From assembly GCA_030704615.1 (NCBI GenBank), contig CM060733.1, forward strand, positions 72,416,001-72,480,000: DNA of 64,000 bases. Direction: 5' to 3'. A program made the translations under genes and the position numbers. Positions 11,251 through 24,050 of the stretch are shown here, one piece after another. The DNA is from Takakia lepidozioides. Its lineage: Eukaryota; Plantae; Bryophyta. Below the pieces are notes generated by a model, which saw only the letters and a list, made by a program, of their open reading frames with translations, was not told where the DNA came from and ran no database searches. Within the stretch, counting starts at the first letter, position 1. Each line of letters starts with the position of its first letter.

Positions 11251-14200
11251 ATGGCTCCGAATTCCTACGCTATAGTTTGCTGTCCTCCGCAACTTGGGAG
11301 AGCCTGGATCCCAAACGAGGGAGGACTTTGCAGAATGACTGAAACTTACCTTTGTTCCAAATTCAAGCTCAAACCGGGCACAGTTTATTTGGAAGAAGAA
11401 AGGAAGGATGTTCCTGGACAGGTTGACGAGACCATTGTCGTGCTAGGTAACGACGGAGGTTGCGGAATCGAATGGCACATACCCCCATCAGACACCATCC
11501 TGTACAGAGCTGTGGGAATGCCCATTCCCTTTCCGAATCAGTCGCTGCCCACACCATCCACAAAGGAGTCCGGAAACCGACAGGCGGCCACTGCCAACAG
11601 AGAGGTATGCAACGATAATCATTCCCGACCTGGACCGTCAAGACCCTCCATAGCTTCTCGTGTGGACGTATTTGACATTTCCGACGAGGAAGATGATTGC
11701 ATTGAGGTACCCATGTCCTCCACACGGTCGTTCAAATCCGGCATGGACGTCTCTGTAGGTGCTACGCATGTGCCCTCGAGCATAACTCCAACCCGGTCCA
11801 TTGTGCAGCTCCTACGACAACATCACCTCGATGGTTCTCGCTCCGAGCTGGCTGCTCTCGACTATGCCAAATTCCCAGTCAGAAAGGTAACGTTTCTGCC
11901 TCCCGAAGTCGATGGCAATGTCATCTTCGAGTTTCCACCTGTTTCTTCGTCAAACAAAGCCTCCGGGATGTTAACAGACATGGATCGAAAGCATGACGGA
12001 CACCCCTGGTGTGTGACGAAGACCAGTAGCACGAAAATTACAGATGGTGTTCGTGTACGATATGTCCTCTGTGCGGGGTTGCTGAGGTGCCTCAATCCCA
12101 CCTGCTTCCACTTTCTCTCCAAAGGAGGGCGGAGAAACGAGACGGATTGGACTAGCACAACGCATCATCCATTCATTGTCTCCAGCCAACCTCCTGCGGG
12201 TTCTTTCAAGTGTGCACATTGCAAAGAACCACCGACGTGCATGTCCATGTGCAGAGCCAAGCAATATTACGTAATCCATTTGCTCCTGGACTTGACTAGA
12301 GCTTGCATACACGTTGGGGTCCACTGCCACCCCTTGGCGAGAGGCAACATGCGTGAGGCTGTGCAGGAATCACACGACATCATAAAAGAGGAGGTGAAAT
12401 TGAGCCCCGGAGCCAGACCAAAGCAGATTCAGCTGAAGGCAGCCCACAAGATTGCTCTTGGCAAAATCATGTCTGAAGATGGTTCCGACCGAGAGCCCTT
12501 GACCGAAGACGAGATGCGTGACCTCTTGGAGTCCGTCTCGCACGTTTGTAGTCCGAATGTGCGGAATCACATCGTATCTTGCAAGCAGGAGTTCGGCAGG
12601 GGGTCAGACATGTACTCAATCCTGGAGGTGAAACGAATGACTGGATATGACTACATCCAAGGTAGCAGGTTTCCAGGGCAAGGCAGCGAATCCGATCGTT
12701 GTTACATTTTCAAAATGTCGACGTGTGGGCCTGGGAGTGGAGTCGACTTGGTCACTCGCATGACAACTGGAAACTTGTCGAATGCTTGGGTGATGTTTGA
12801 TCACATCAAGCAAATTACAAACCATCAGTGGGTGACTATGGGTGCGCATGTTTATGACTATCACTCCAAGAGGCTCATGACGATTGCAATCTGCGAGATG
12901 AAAGGGGAGGACACACAGTCCGAGATGCATCTGTGGGAGGACATAAACGAGCAGATGGCAAGGGCGGGATTGCCAGAGCCCAATTTCAGGGGATTCATGG
13001 CAGACAACGCTCAGGCCAACTGGGCAGCGGTGCGGCGTGTGTACGGTGAGGACCCCAATGTTCCAATGGAGGGGAAAGAGAGATCCTGTGGATTCCATTG
13101 GATGCAGAGTCTATCCCACTACACTACCAAATTTGTTGCTAGCTCATTCCAGGCTGAACACCGTGTCCTTTGTACGGCGTGGAAGGATGCACCCACATTT
13201 GATGACGCGGAGGTTAAGTTTGCTATCATCGAGGCTTGGTGGAACACGTCAGGTGCAGTGGAGACAACCAATCTGGGAGCATTGCACAGCTGGTTGGGGT
13301 GGTGGCATTTTCGGTATCGACAGTTCGGACAGTACATGCGGGAGGTAGGCTGCTGTCATTTTCGTTCATTTGTCTTTCTGTTACGGACATTTCGATTGGT
13401 CCCTCACCATTGTTTGTGTCCTTCTAGGAGCGGTGCTTGGATTCCGACACAGACATGCCGAACACGAATATGGCAGAATCGGTCCACTCCTCCTGGCGAG
13501 CGTCTTCTGCCGCACATCTGGTGGACGTAGTGACGGCCACAACGGAGGACATCGACAGAGCAATCATGCAGCAAGCCTTTATTCAAGTTCCTGAGCGGCA
13601 AACAATGGGGCTTTGGGCCGGACAGGGAGGAATTATTGGTACGAACAGCTTCGAGGTCCAAGAATCCAGTGAAATGGGCGACAACATTGCGAGAGAAGAT
13701 CAAAGGGACGCCTCTGCACCGCAGAGGTGAACACCTAGAGGGGGACGTCCGGACTCGCCCTGTCAGGCGGAGGATTGAAGAGGAACCCGGGTGCGAAGAG
13801 GATTCCTGGAGATCCGACAGGAACATTCGGACAGCACCTCGAGGTCCCGTCATGTTGCCGCACAATGTGTCTTCCAGCAGTGGAAGCCCAAGAAATTCCA
13901 GATCGTCGTCGCCTTCAACCGGGGATTTCGTGCGAGAAATTCCCACCGCTCCCTTGCCCCAGATTCCGCCCGCTGTTATGCAGTATGGCCAAGCCATTGT
14001 GGAGACGACTGTGTCTGCATCACAGTGGAGAATTGCTCGTACAAAGCCGTCGTTTCGAGGAAGGTGTTCCGCAATTCGTGTGGACACACGTCAACGTTGT
14101 TTAGAGATGATAAGGAGGAATCCAGATGGGGCTGTCCCTGCTCCTACTTTTACAGGAAGATTTGTCCATGCAAAGTTTGCGGAGGCGACAACCACCCAGT

Positions 14201-14849
14201 TCTGGTTCTGCAGGCACGACATTATGACTTGCGTGTATGGAAAGCCCAAGTACGGCATACAAACAATGCCAGAGGCTCCCCCGGTGTGGCCGGTGGAACC
14301 AGGCTGCGATCTGAGTCAGGTTGAGGCCCTTACCGCCGCAGGATTTCGGATGGTGCAGCGCACTGACGTCCCCAGACAACCATTTCCGCTTCCACAGCCT
14401 CCACCACCAACCCCTGTGAGAGCAAGAACAATGGGACACGACAGCTCTAAGCATCCTACACACCGTTGGGGGAAACCGAAGAGGCGGCGACCTCCCTCAA
14501 AAGTGAACGAGACAAAGATGGGGAATGCATTTCGGATGAACTGTACAATCCAGAGCTCGACTGAAGTGCCCCCACCAGGATTCGGGCGTGTGTATCAGAT
14601 GGCCACGGCGGGCTCAGCTGTTCGCAATGAGGTGTACACCATCACCATTTCAGAATTACCCACTTGCAATTGCACCGACTTCCAGATCATGGCGAACAAG
14701 GGGGCATCATACTGCCCTTGCAAGCATTTGTACTACGTGTACCTAAAGAGACTCCGTTGTAATTCCACACTCATCACTTCATACATGCACCAGGGTTGAG
14801 CCCCCAGGAGGTTCACACTCTTCTAAATATGGATCCAGGGGACCAGTGA
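11251..14849 (+). pseudogene. MULE transposase (GCM-like Zn finger + DDE + SWIM); intron 13345-13427; two apparent frameshifts (~13575, ~14765)
   Basis: HDGHPW..CAGLLRCLNPTC..CAHCK..MSMC..IHVGVHCHP (GCM-like); WVMFDH, FMADNAQA, CGFHWMQ (CxxH), TNMAESVH (catalytic E); CNCTDF..PCKH (SWIM); GT-AG intron restores frame and is conserved in copy 2. Confidence 0.85.
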
Positions 14850-15691
14850 GCTTGGCTTGCAGTCCCAATACAATGGTACGCCCATCCTTTTCGGATAGTA
14901 GAACTGTACTGCTGCCAGTACCTCAGACTCTGGCCACAGAAAGGTCCAACATATGTCTTGCCTACCAGTGACCTGTTTTGCTCGAACTAAGATATTACTA
15001 TATCGTTCACTTGTTTCCACGTGCATGTATTTTTGTATGTTGGAGGGTTCATGTTTTTCTGCTTTCCGAAAACTTGCTTTCCTCATTCGACCTCCGACAA
15101 GGAAATGCGGCGCCGCATTTCCAAGTATCGTCGTAGGTACTGGTAGAGGCGGCCTTCGCCAACACCAAACCGCTCCGAAATTTCGCACGTGCGAACCCTA
15201 ATGCGGCACCTTATTTCCCAGTTCAGTTGCAAACCTTTCCCGCCGAATACCCGAAGAAGACAGAATTGTGAAGTACTGCAGACTGTATTGGTGTAGACTC
15301 CATTGGTTCAATCGCGGCAAAAGGGTCAGCTTCATTCCAATGTTAAGGCATGTAAAACCGCGGAATACTCTATACAGGCCAGTATGCGACGTCCTTTTGC
15401 AGTGGTATACTGGATTTCCCGTTGCACGGTCACTTATTTCCATGAGCGGATCTATAAAACCATGAGCGAACTTGTTACTGACGACATATCTTTGCCGCAT
15501 TACATGATCTGGAACGTCCAAAAACGGCAAGGTCAAATAAAAAACTATTATTTTAATACTTGTTTAATCTGCCGCATTTCCAAATTTGGAGGAGTCCGCT
15601 CATGAAATCCGCGTATCTTAGACTTCGGCTCACCGCTCATGCGGCTCATGGCTCATGGCTCATGGTTTCTGCTCATGAAATAGTAAACCTC

Positions 15692-16363
15692 CTGTAAAAA
15701 CCCAGCCAGTCCAGTGGAAGAGGTGGGAGGGTTGAGCTCAAACAGGATGTCCCCATCAAACTGTGCTGGCACGTATTGAACCCGTTGCACAGGAAGGGAC
15801 TCCCAGTCAACAAAACGCAGCTCGCTCTTGCACCCAGGCACACCTGCGAGGGCTTTCAATTTTGGAATGACACTCGTTATCTCTTGCAATTCGTCATCAT
15901 CCAATGACGGAGTCTGCACTGGCGGAGGAATCTCAGAAACATCCTCCGAGGACGAGTCTGAAAGAGTCACGAAGGTAGTGGATGTGCTCACCTCTTGTTT
16001 CACAGGAACTGTGCCCTTCTGTTGCACGACCGATGCTGCAGTGCCAGGGGTAACGACCGATCATGCTGATTGTCTTCTCTCTTTTCCAAGGACACGGTAT
16101 GTGCCTGGAAGGACTCTCCACTTCCTTCCACACTTGCCAACCAATGGTTTCTCCAAGTGCCCAGAATCCAAATTCCCATCCTCGTCATACACCTCTTTTT
16201 GAACAAGGAGAGAACCCAACTCCAGCGGGAACACTGTAACCAGCTCATCCTCATGAACAATTGCAAACCCATCGTCGTCTGCAGTGGCAGTCAGTGGAAG
16301 AGTACCTACATTGGAATGGAATCGAGCAAGTGTATCTCGCTCCCTCGACATGTCTTCCCTCAC
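15692..16363 (-). pseudogene. N-terminal part of the divergent (copy 3) MULE transposase
   Basis: KSELRFVDWESLPVQRVQYVPAQFDGDILFELNP aligns with RSELAALDYAKFPVRKVTFLPPEVDGNVIFEFPP of copy 1; cut exactly at the copy-1 TIR. Confidence 0.8.
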
Positions 16364-17277
16364 TGAACGAAAGTTGCGGAATCCTCAAACTGATAGCCCG
16401 CAATTACCGAAAGGGGAATTAAGACAAGCAAACCGAGGTCAACAAGGCTAGCTCCAATCCAAAGGTTGCAGGTGATGCATGCAAAGGATGTGGGGATGAG
16501 ATGCACCTTCACTTCGGAAACAGCAACGCCAAGAGGCACTAACCAGAAAAACTGTTTTCAAATACTACAAGAAGCCGTGCTGTTTATGGATGAAAACAAA
16601 CACTGAAAACGACATGAAACCATCCATTATGAAAAGACGGCAATAACCCTGGAGAGCAATAAACAGGAAGACCACAAATGTCATGAGGTTGTGCTGTGCC
16701 AGAAGAGCACAGCACAAACACTGACACTGCAGAAGATACCTCGCACGAATGCGTGCCAGACATGGTCGTATCCGACAGAACCCTTTATGCCGAATGACCC
16801 CATGGCGACGGTAACGGTAAACTGCAAACCACAGGGTAGGCAGTACAACACACATGGATGCATATGTGAAGCATAACAATTATTGCGGATCTGCAAGAAC
16901 TGCTCGAAAATGAACTAGCATTAGATTTCTACGGCACATCCGAATTTGAAAGAAAGCACGAAGGCCGCGGTGTATTGGCAGGCGGCGCAGTACATCTGAC
17001 ATATATCGCTAATGCATGCAACGGATGTACTTTTTTTCTTGCGCTTTATTGCTTGGATAATACGGAGACGACGGAATGGATGAATTCCGTTCGCACACAA
17101 TAACAACACCCGCATCCAAATATGGTTGATAACGTCCAATTTTGATTTTGGTTACATGCCATAGCAGCACTTGTTACAAACGTCAAACTGGAGAGCTCTA
17201 GAGGCATCGTGGGGAGCCCTTGTTTCCAGCGTAGGAGGAAGAGAAGGAAGTCACTATACTTCACGAGCTCTAGAAAC

Positions 17278-17610
17278 ATGAATAGAGCCAGAGATAGAAT
17301 GAGGATGGAAAGAGTGGACGAAGAGGAAAAGGAGGTAGAAGAGGGAGTAAAGGAAAGTGTGGCGATGGAGGAGCAGGAATCAGCAGAAGAACAGCAGCCC
17401 GCCATAGTTCCAAGGACAGATGAAGAGGACACCGCATCTGAGGGAGAGACAGACGAGATGGAAGAGGATGTTGAAGGTGGCTTCACGAGGAGTCTGCCTG
17501 CGGGAAAGAGGAAGGGGGAGAGGCTCACGTACCCGCTCGGCGCAGAGAGCAGCCCGAAGCGCAAAGGGTCCCCGGCAATTGGGGAGTCTTCTGGAGCAGC
17601 CAAGAAAAAG
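17278..17610 (+). CDS. Acidic/basic low-complexity exon, possibly the first exon of the copy-3 cargo gene
   Basis: Glu-rich ORF with NLS-like KRK/KKK clusters ending at AAG|GTGAAA; a clean in-phase acceptor before the ParB exon was not found. Confidence 0.35.
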
Positions 17611-17819
17611 GTGAAATTCTTAAGACCCACATTTCTGTTTCGTTGCTGATATGAATATAGCCCACACAGGACATCTGCACCACACTGAAAGCACCGCAAA
17701 CTGGTAGCCCAAACAGTGTGCGGCAACGCACACTTTTTGGGCCTACCAATTTGCTTGATTGTTCAGGTGCGAAACGCCCAAACTTGGGCACTATAGCAGG
17801 TTCAACACAACCCAAATTG

Positions 17820-20800
17820 CAACCTCAAACAGTGTAAGTTGAGCTGAACATTTCACTGCTGTTTCCGTCTGGATATCGGTTTTCCAGGATATGTATGTCA
17901 GGACGACAGAACCCTTCAGTGGCAGCTCAAACAGTGTGCGTTGGCGCACACTGATTGAGCTCTACATGTCTCGGTTTTCTCCGTGTCGAATTCGCCCTTT
18001 AGGGCACGTTTCTGATGATGGAATAACCATTCAGTGGCAGCTCAAACAGTGTGCGTTGGCGCACACTGTTTGAGCTGAACATGTAAGTGTTTTTTCCGAT
18101 TGAAATTTGGACTTCCAGGGCAGGTTTATGATGATGAAATAACCATTCAGTGGCAGCTCAAACAGTGTGCGTTGGCGCACACCATTTCAGCTGAACATGT
18201 CACTGTTTTTTTGGTGTTAGAATTCCGCATTTAGGGCACGTTTCTGAGGATGAAATAACCATTCAGTGGCAGCTGAAACAGTGTGCGTTGGCGCACATTG
18301 TTTGAGCTGTACATGTCACTATTTTTTTGGTGGTAAATTCGGACTTCCATTGCAGGTTTATGATGATGAAATAACCATTCAGTGGCAGCTCAAACAGTGT
18401 GCGTTGGCGCACACTGTCTGAGCTGTACATGTCACTGTTTTGTTGGTGTTACATTCGGACTTCCAGGGCAGGTTTATGATGATGAAATAACCATTCAGTG
18501 GCAGCTCAAACAGTGTGCGTTGGCGCACACCGTTTCAGCTGAACATGTCACTGTTTTTTTGGTGTTAGAATTCGGCATTTAGGGCACGTTTCTGAGGATG
18601 AAATAACCATTCAGTGGCAGCTGAAACAGTGTGCGTTGGCGCACATTGTTTGAGCTGTACATGTCACTATTTTTTTGGTGTTAAATTCGGACTTCCATTG
18701 CAGGTTTATGATGATGAAATAACCATTCAGTGGCAGCTCAAACAGTGTGCGTTGGCGCACACTGTCTGAGCTGTACATGTCACTGTTTTTTTGGTGTTAA
18801 ATTCGGACTTCCAGGGCAGGTTTATGATGATGAAATAACCATTCAGTGGCAGCTCAAACAGTGTGCGTTGGCGCACACTGTTTGAGTTGAACATACAAGT
18901 GTTTTTTCCGATTGAAATTCGGCATTTAGTGCACGTTTCTATGGATGAAATAACCATTCAGTGGCAGCTTAAACAATGTGCGTTGGCGCACACTGTTTGA
19001 GCTGTACATGTCACTATTTTTTTGGTGTTAAATTCGGACTTCCAGGGCAGGTTTATGATCATGAAATAACCATTCAGTGGCAGCTCAAACAGTGTGCGTT
19101 GGCGCACACTGTTTGAGCTGTACATGTCACTATTTTTTTCGTGTTGAATTCGGACTTCCAGGGCAGGTTTATGATGATGAAATAACCATTCAGTGGCAGC
19201 TCAAACAGTGTGCGTTGGCCCACAATGTTTGAGCTGTACATGTCACTGTTTTTTTAGTGTTAAATTCGGACTTCCAGGGCAGGTTTATGATGATGAAATA
19301 ACCATTCAGTGGCAGCTCAAACAGTGTGCGTTGGCGCACATTGTTTCAGCTGAACATGTCACTGTTTTTTTGGTGTTAGAATTCGGCATTTAGGGCACGT
19401 TTCTGAGGATGAAATAACCATTCAGCGGCAGCTGAAACAGTGTGCGTTGGCGCACACTGTTTGAGCTGTACATGTCACTATTTTTTTGGTGTTAAATTCG
19501 GACTTCCATTGCAGGTTGATGATGATGAAATAACCATTCAGTGGCAGCTCAAATAGTGTGCGTTGGCGCACACTGTCTGAGCTGTATATGTCACTGTTTT
19601 TTTGGTGTTAAATTCGGACTTCCAGGGCAGGTTTATGATGATGAAATAACCATTCAGTGGCAGGGTTTAGGGTGTGCGTTGGCGCACACTGTTTGAGTTG
19701 AACATGTAAGTATTTTTTCCGATTGAAATTCGGCATTTAGTGCACGTTTCTGAGGATGAAATAACCATTCAGTGGCAGCTCAAACAGTGTGCGTTGGCGC
19801 ACACTGTTTGAGCTGTACATGTCACTATTTTTTTGGTGTTAAATTTGGACTTCCAGGGCAGGTTTATGATGATGAAATAATCATTCAGTGGCACCTTAAA
19901 CACTGTGCGTTGGCGCACACTGTTTGAGCTGTACATCTCACTATTTTTTAAGTGTTAAATTCGGACTTCCAGGGCAGGTTTATGATGATGAAATAACCAT
20001 TCAGTGGCAGCTCAAACAGTGTGCGTTGGCGCACACTGTTTGAGTTGTACATCTCACTGTTTTTTTAGTGTTAAATTCGGACTTCCAGGGCAGGTTTATG
20101 ATGATGAAATAACCATTCAGTGGCAGCTCAAAGAGTGTGCGTTGGCGCACACTGTTTCAGCTGAACATGTCACTGTTTTTTTGGTGTTAGAATTCGGCAT
20201 TTAGGGCACGTTTCTAAGGATGAAATAACCATTCAGTGGCAGCTGAAACAATGTGTGTTGGCGCACACTGTTTGAGCTGTACATGTCACTATTTTTTTGG
20301 TGTTAAATTCGGACTTCCATTGCAGGTTTATGATGATGAAATAACCATTCAGTGGCAGCTCAAACAGTGTGCGTTGGCGCACACTGTTTCAGCTGAACAT
20401 GTCACTGTTTTTTTCGTGTTAAATTCGGCATTTAGGGCAGGATTCTGAGGATGAAATAACCATTTAGTGGCAGCTGAAACAGTGTGCGTTGGCGCACACT
20501 GTTTGAGCTGTACATGTCACTGTTTTTTTGGTTTTAAAATTTGGCATTTAGGGCATGTTTCTGAGGATGAAATAACCATTCAGTGGCAGCTCAAACAGTG
20601 TGCGTTGGCGCACACTGTTTGAGCTGTACATGTCACTATTTTTTTGGTGTTAAATTCGGACTTCCAGGGCAGGTTTATGATGATGAAATAACCATTCAGT
20701 GGCAGCTCAAACACTGTGCGTTGGCGCACACTGTTTGAGCTGTACATGTCACTATTTTTTTAGTGTTAAATTCGGACTTCCAGGGCAGGTTTATGATGAT

Positions 20801-22715
20801 GAAATAACCATTCAGTGGCAGCTCAAACAGTGTGCGTTGGCGCATACTGTTTGAGCTGAACTTGTAAGTGTTGTTTTGGTGTTAAAATTCGGCATTTAGG
20901 GCACGTTTCTGAGGATGAAATAACCATTCAGTGGCAGCTCAAACAGTGTGCGTTGGCGCACACTGTTTCAGCTGAACATGTCACTGTTTTTTTCGTGTTA
21001 AATTCGGCGTTTAGGGCAGGATGCTGAGGATGAAATAACCATTCAGTGGCAGCTGAAACAGTGTGCGTTGGCGCACACCGTTGGCGCACACTGTTTGAGC
21101 TGAACATGTAAGTGTTTTTTTGGTATTAAAATTTGGCATTTAGGGCATGTTTCTGAGGATGAAATAACCATTCAGTGGCAGCTCAAACAGTGTGCGTTGG
21201 CGGACACTGTTTGAGCTGTACTTGTCACTGTTTTTTTGGTGTTAAATTCGGACTTCCAGGGCAGGTTTATGATGATGAAATAACCATTCAGTGGCAGCTG
21301 AAACAGTGTGCGTTGGCGCACACTGTTTGAGCTGTACATGTCACTGTTTTTTTGGTGTTAAATTCGGACTTCCAGGGCAGGCTTATGATGATGAAATAAC
21401 TATTCAGTGGCAGCTCAAACAGTGTGCGTTGGCGCACACTGTTTGAGCTGTACATGTAACTATTTTTTTGGTGTTAAATTCGGACTTCCAGGGCAGGTTT
21501 ATGATGATGAAATAACCATTCAGTGGCAGCTCAAACAGTGTGCGTTGGCGCACACTGTTTGAGTTGAACATGTAAGTGTTTTTTCCGATTGAAATCGGCA
21601 TTTAGGGCACGTTTCTGAGTATGAAATAACCATTCAGTGGCAGCTCAAACAGTGTGCGTTGGCGCGCACTGTTTGAGCTGAACTTGTAAGTGTTTTTTTG
21701 GTGTTAAAATTCGGCATTTAGGGCACAATTCTGAGGATGAAATAACCATTCAGTGGCAGCTCGGACTTCCAGGGCAGGTTTATGATGATGAAATAACCAT
21801 TCAGTGGCAGCTCAAACAGTGTGCGTTGGCGCACACTGTTTGAGCTGTACATGTCACTGTTTTTTTGGTGTTAAACTTGGACTTCCAGTGCAGGCTTATG
21901 ATGATGAAATAACTATTCAGTGGGAGCTCAACCAGTGTGCGTTGGCGCACACTGTTTGAGCTGTACATGTCACTGTTTTTTTGGTGTTAAATTCGCACTT
22001 CCAGGGCAGGTTTATGATGATGAAATAACCATTCAGTTGCAGCTGAAACAGTGTGCGTTGGCGCACACTGTTTGAGCTGTACATGTCACTATTTTTTTGG
22101 TGTTAAATTCGGACTTCCATTGCAGGTTTATGATGATGAAATAACCATTTAGTGGCAGCTCAAACAGTGTGCGTTGGCGCACATTGTCTGAGCTGTACAT
22201 GTCACTGTTTTTTTGGTGTTAAATTCGGACTTCCAGGGCAGGTTTATGATGATGAAATAACCATTCAGTGGCAGCTCAAACAGTGTGCGTTGGCGCACAC
22301 TGTTTGAGTTGAACATGTAAGTGTTTTTGCCGATTGAAATTCGGCATTTAGGGCACGTTTCTGAGGATGAAATAACCATTCAGTGGCAGCTCAAACAGTG
22401 TGCGTTGGCGCACACTGTTTGAGCTCTACATTTAAGTGTTTTTCCGGTTTAAATTCGGCATTTAGGGCACGTTTCTGAGGATGAAATATCTTGGAGTTTA
22501 CAATGAACACTTACTTGGCACAAGTAGATGTTCAATGATCATTTACATGGCAAGTGAAACAGTGTGCGTCAACGCACACTGTTTGAGCCCACTTTTACAT
22601 TGTCTTTTTCTGTGGAATTCGGCAACATAGGACATGTCTGTGAGGGTCAATGTACACTTACCGGGCAACTTAAAATAGTGTGCGTCAACGCACACTCTTT
22701 GAGCCCACTTTTTCA
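17820..22715. repeat. 116-bp tandem satellite (~42 units), each with an 18-bp-arm inverted repeat CAGCTCAAACAGTGTGCG-TTGG-CGCACACTGTTTGAGCTG
   Basis: CAGTGGCAGCT anchor at 18032, 18148, 18264, 18380; two monomer subtypes; near-identical ORF artefacts recur at 18382/19193/20004 (811 bp = 7 monomers). Confidence 0.95.
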
Positions 22716-22778
22716 TGCCTAAGACGTCGTTTCATGCCTCTCTAATATCAAGTTGAATGAACAACCCTAGAGGAGAAG

Positions 22779-24050
22779 ATGCAAAGTGTGGCAAATGAGG
22801 TCCCTTCGGGTCAGGAGAAGGAGATAATTGTTGATGTGGACGATGAGTTCTATGAAAGCAAAGCCGCTGAGATGCTGGGGGGTCAGAAGGTAAACTCTTA
22901 GCTTGTGGTGCAAAGTATGTTTGCCCCGGGTGGGAGGTTGAAGATTCCCCTGTGTAGGTTGGTTTCCATGCCCGTCGTTTGTACACCCCTCGTCAAGGAC
23001 ATTCTCAAGCTGGAGGCCGAGTTTGTGCATGGGTATTTGGATGGATCCGCAGTCTTTTACGTTTCTACTAGGGATTCCAAAGATAATGAGCTCCTCGTGG
23101 ATCAGTCAACCGTGGACTCCTGGGACCCCATTTGGAGACAGCTGAACGAATCCTTCGAACTTCTTCTCTCCAGGAAACCTTCCACCCAGGCATTCTCGGG
23201 AAAGATGTTTCACGTTTGGGATGGGAACCACCGCTTGCTTGCATGGATGGCTGTCATTGGGAGGTTGCACTCACAGGAGGAAGAGTGGCATTACTCTGTT
23301 CGATCGATGGTGCTGGATTGTGACGGGAACATGATGGGTCTTCTGACGGCAATGAATGATGTGAACAGGTTGGTTTCTCATTCTACATGTTCCACTTGTG
23401 GTTCCGTTCTTCTTTGATTGAAGACCTTGAATTTCATTCTGACTTGCAGATATCATTCTGCAGAGGAACGGAGACATCGCATGTCAAAACGAGTTTGGTT
23501 CACACACTGTATAGGATACAAAGGATAGGGCAGATGCCCTTGACCAACTTCAAGACCATCCTTTTAGCGGAGATGTACAAGAAGTGCGAAAGCTCCAAGA
23601 CATCGGAAACGTGGTACTCGTTGACCCGTGAGGCTTTCATGGAATACATGTACACGGTGAGATACATCTTCCTTCATTTGGTCTTCCATATTCCACATGT
23701 TTGTTTCTGTTTGTTTCCCTTGACCTTGTGCTGATGCAACTCTCTTGCATTCCCTTGCAGCAAGACATTGCAGATGCAGGGGAGCGTGGCAAACTGGAAT
23801 ACTACAGCTCTACCCCTGAGGAGAGAAGGACAGCAAAGGGGGTTGAGAGTCGCATCCAGAAAGAGATGACCGCTACAAGAAGGACTATAATGAGTGCTTT
23901 CGTGAAGCAGTTGAGAATTGCCGACCCATCATTCGGACCGCAGTTTCTCCTGGAGATAAAAAAACCATTATAACAAGCCAGGCAAGCCAGAAATGGCCCA
24001 GGAGAAGTTGCACAGGTTGTCTACCGCCGTTGTGTCTCCAGAACAAAAGG
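22779..24050 (+). pseudogene. Multi-exon gene with ParB/Sulfiredoxin-like domain (cargo of MULE copy 3), 3'-truncated
   Basis: MFHVWDGNHRLLAW (DGNHR at 23220-23234); frame-preserving GT-AG introns 23369-23463 and 23657-23760; one in-frame TAG near 22900 and a frameshift near 23965. Confidence 0.65.

Larger units (their letters stand above)
9451..15691 (+). mobile_element. MULE copy 1: palindrome array, transposase and right TIR; left arm missing
   Basis: Right TIR GCTCATGAAATAGTAAACCTC (15671-15691) is 20/21 identical to the reverse complement of the copy-2 left TIR and is preceded by GCTCATG repeats; no left TIR or TSD found. Confidence 0.85.

Noticed and set aside
17820-22715. CRISPR array or protein-coding repeats
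   Set aside because: Whole monomers are near-identical with no unique spacers; the short ORFs are satellite artefacts
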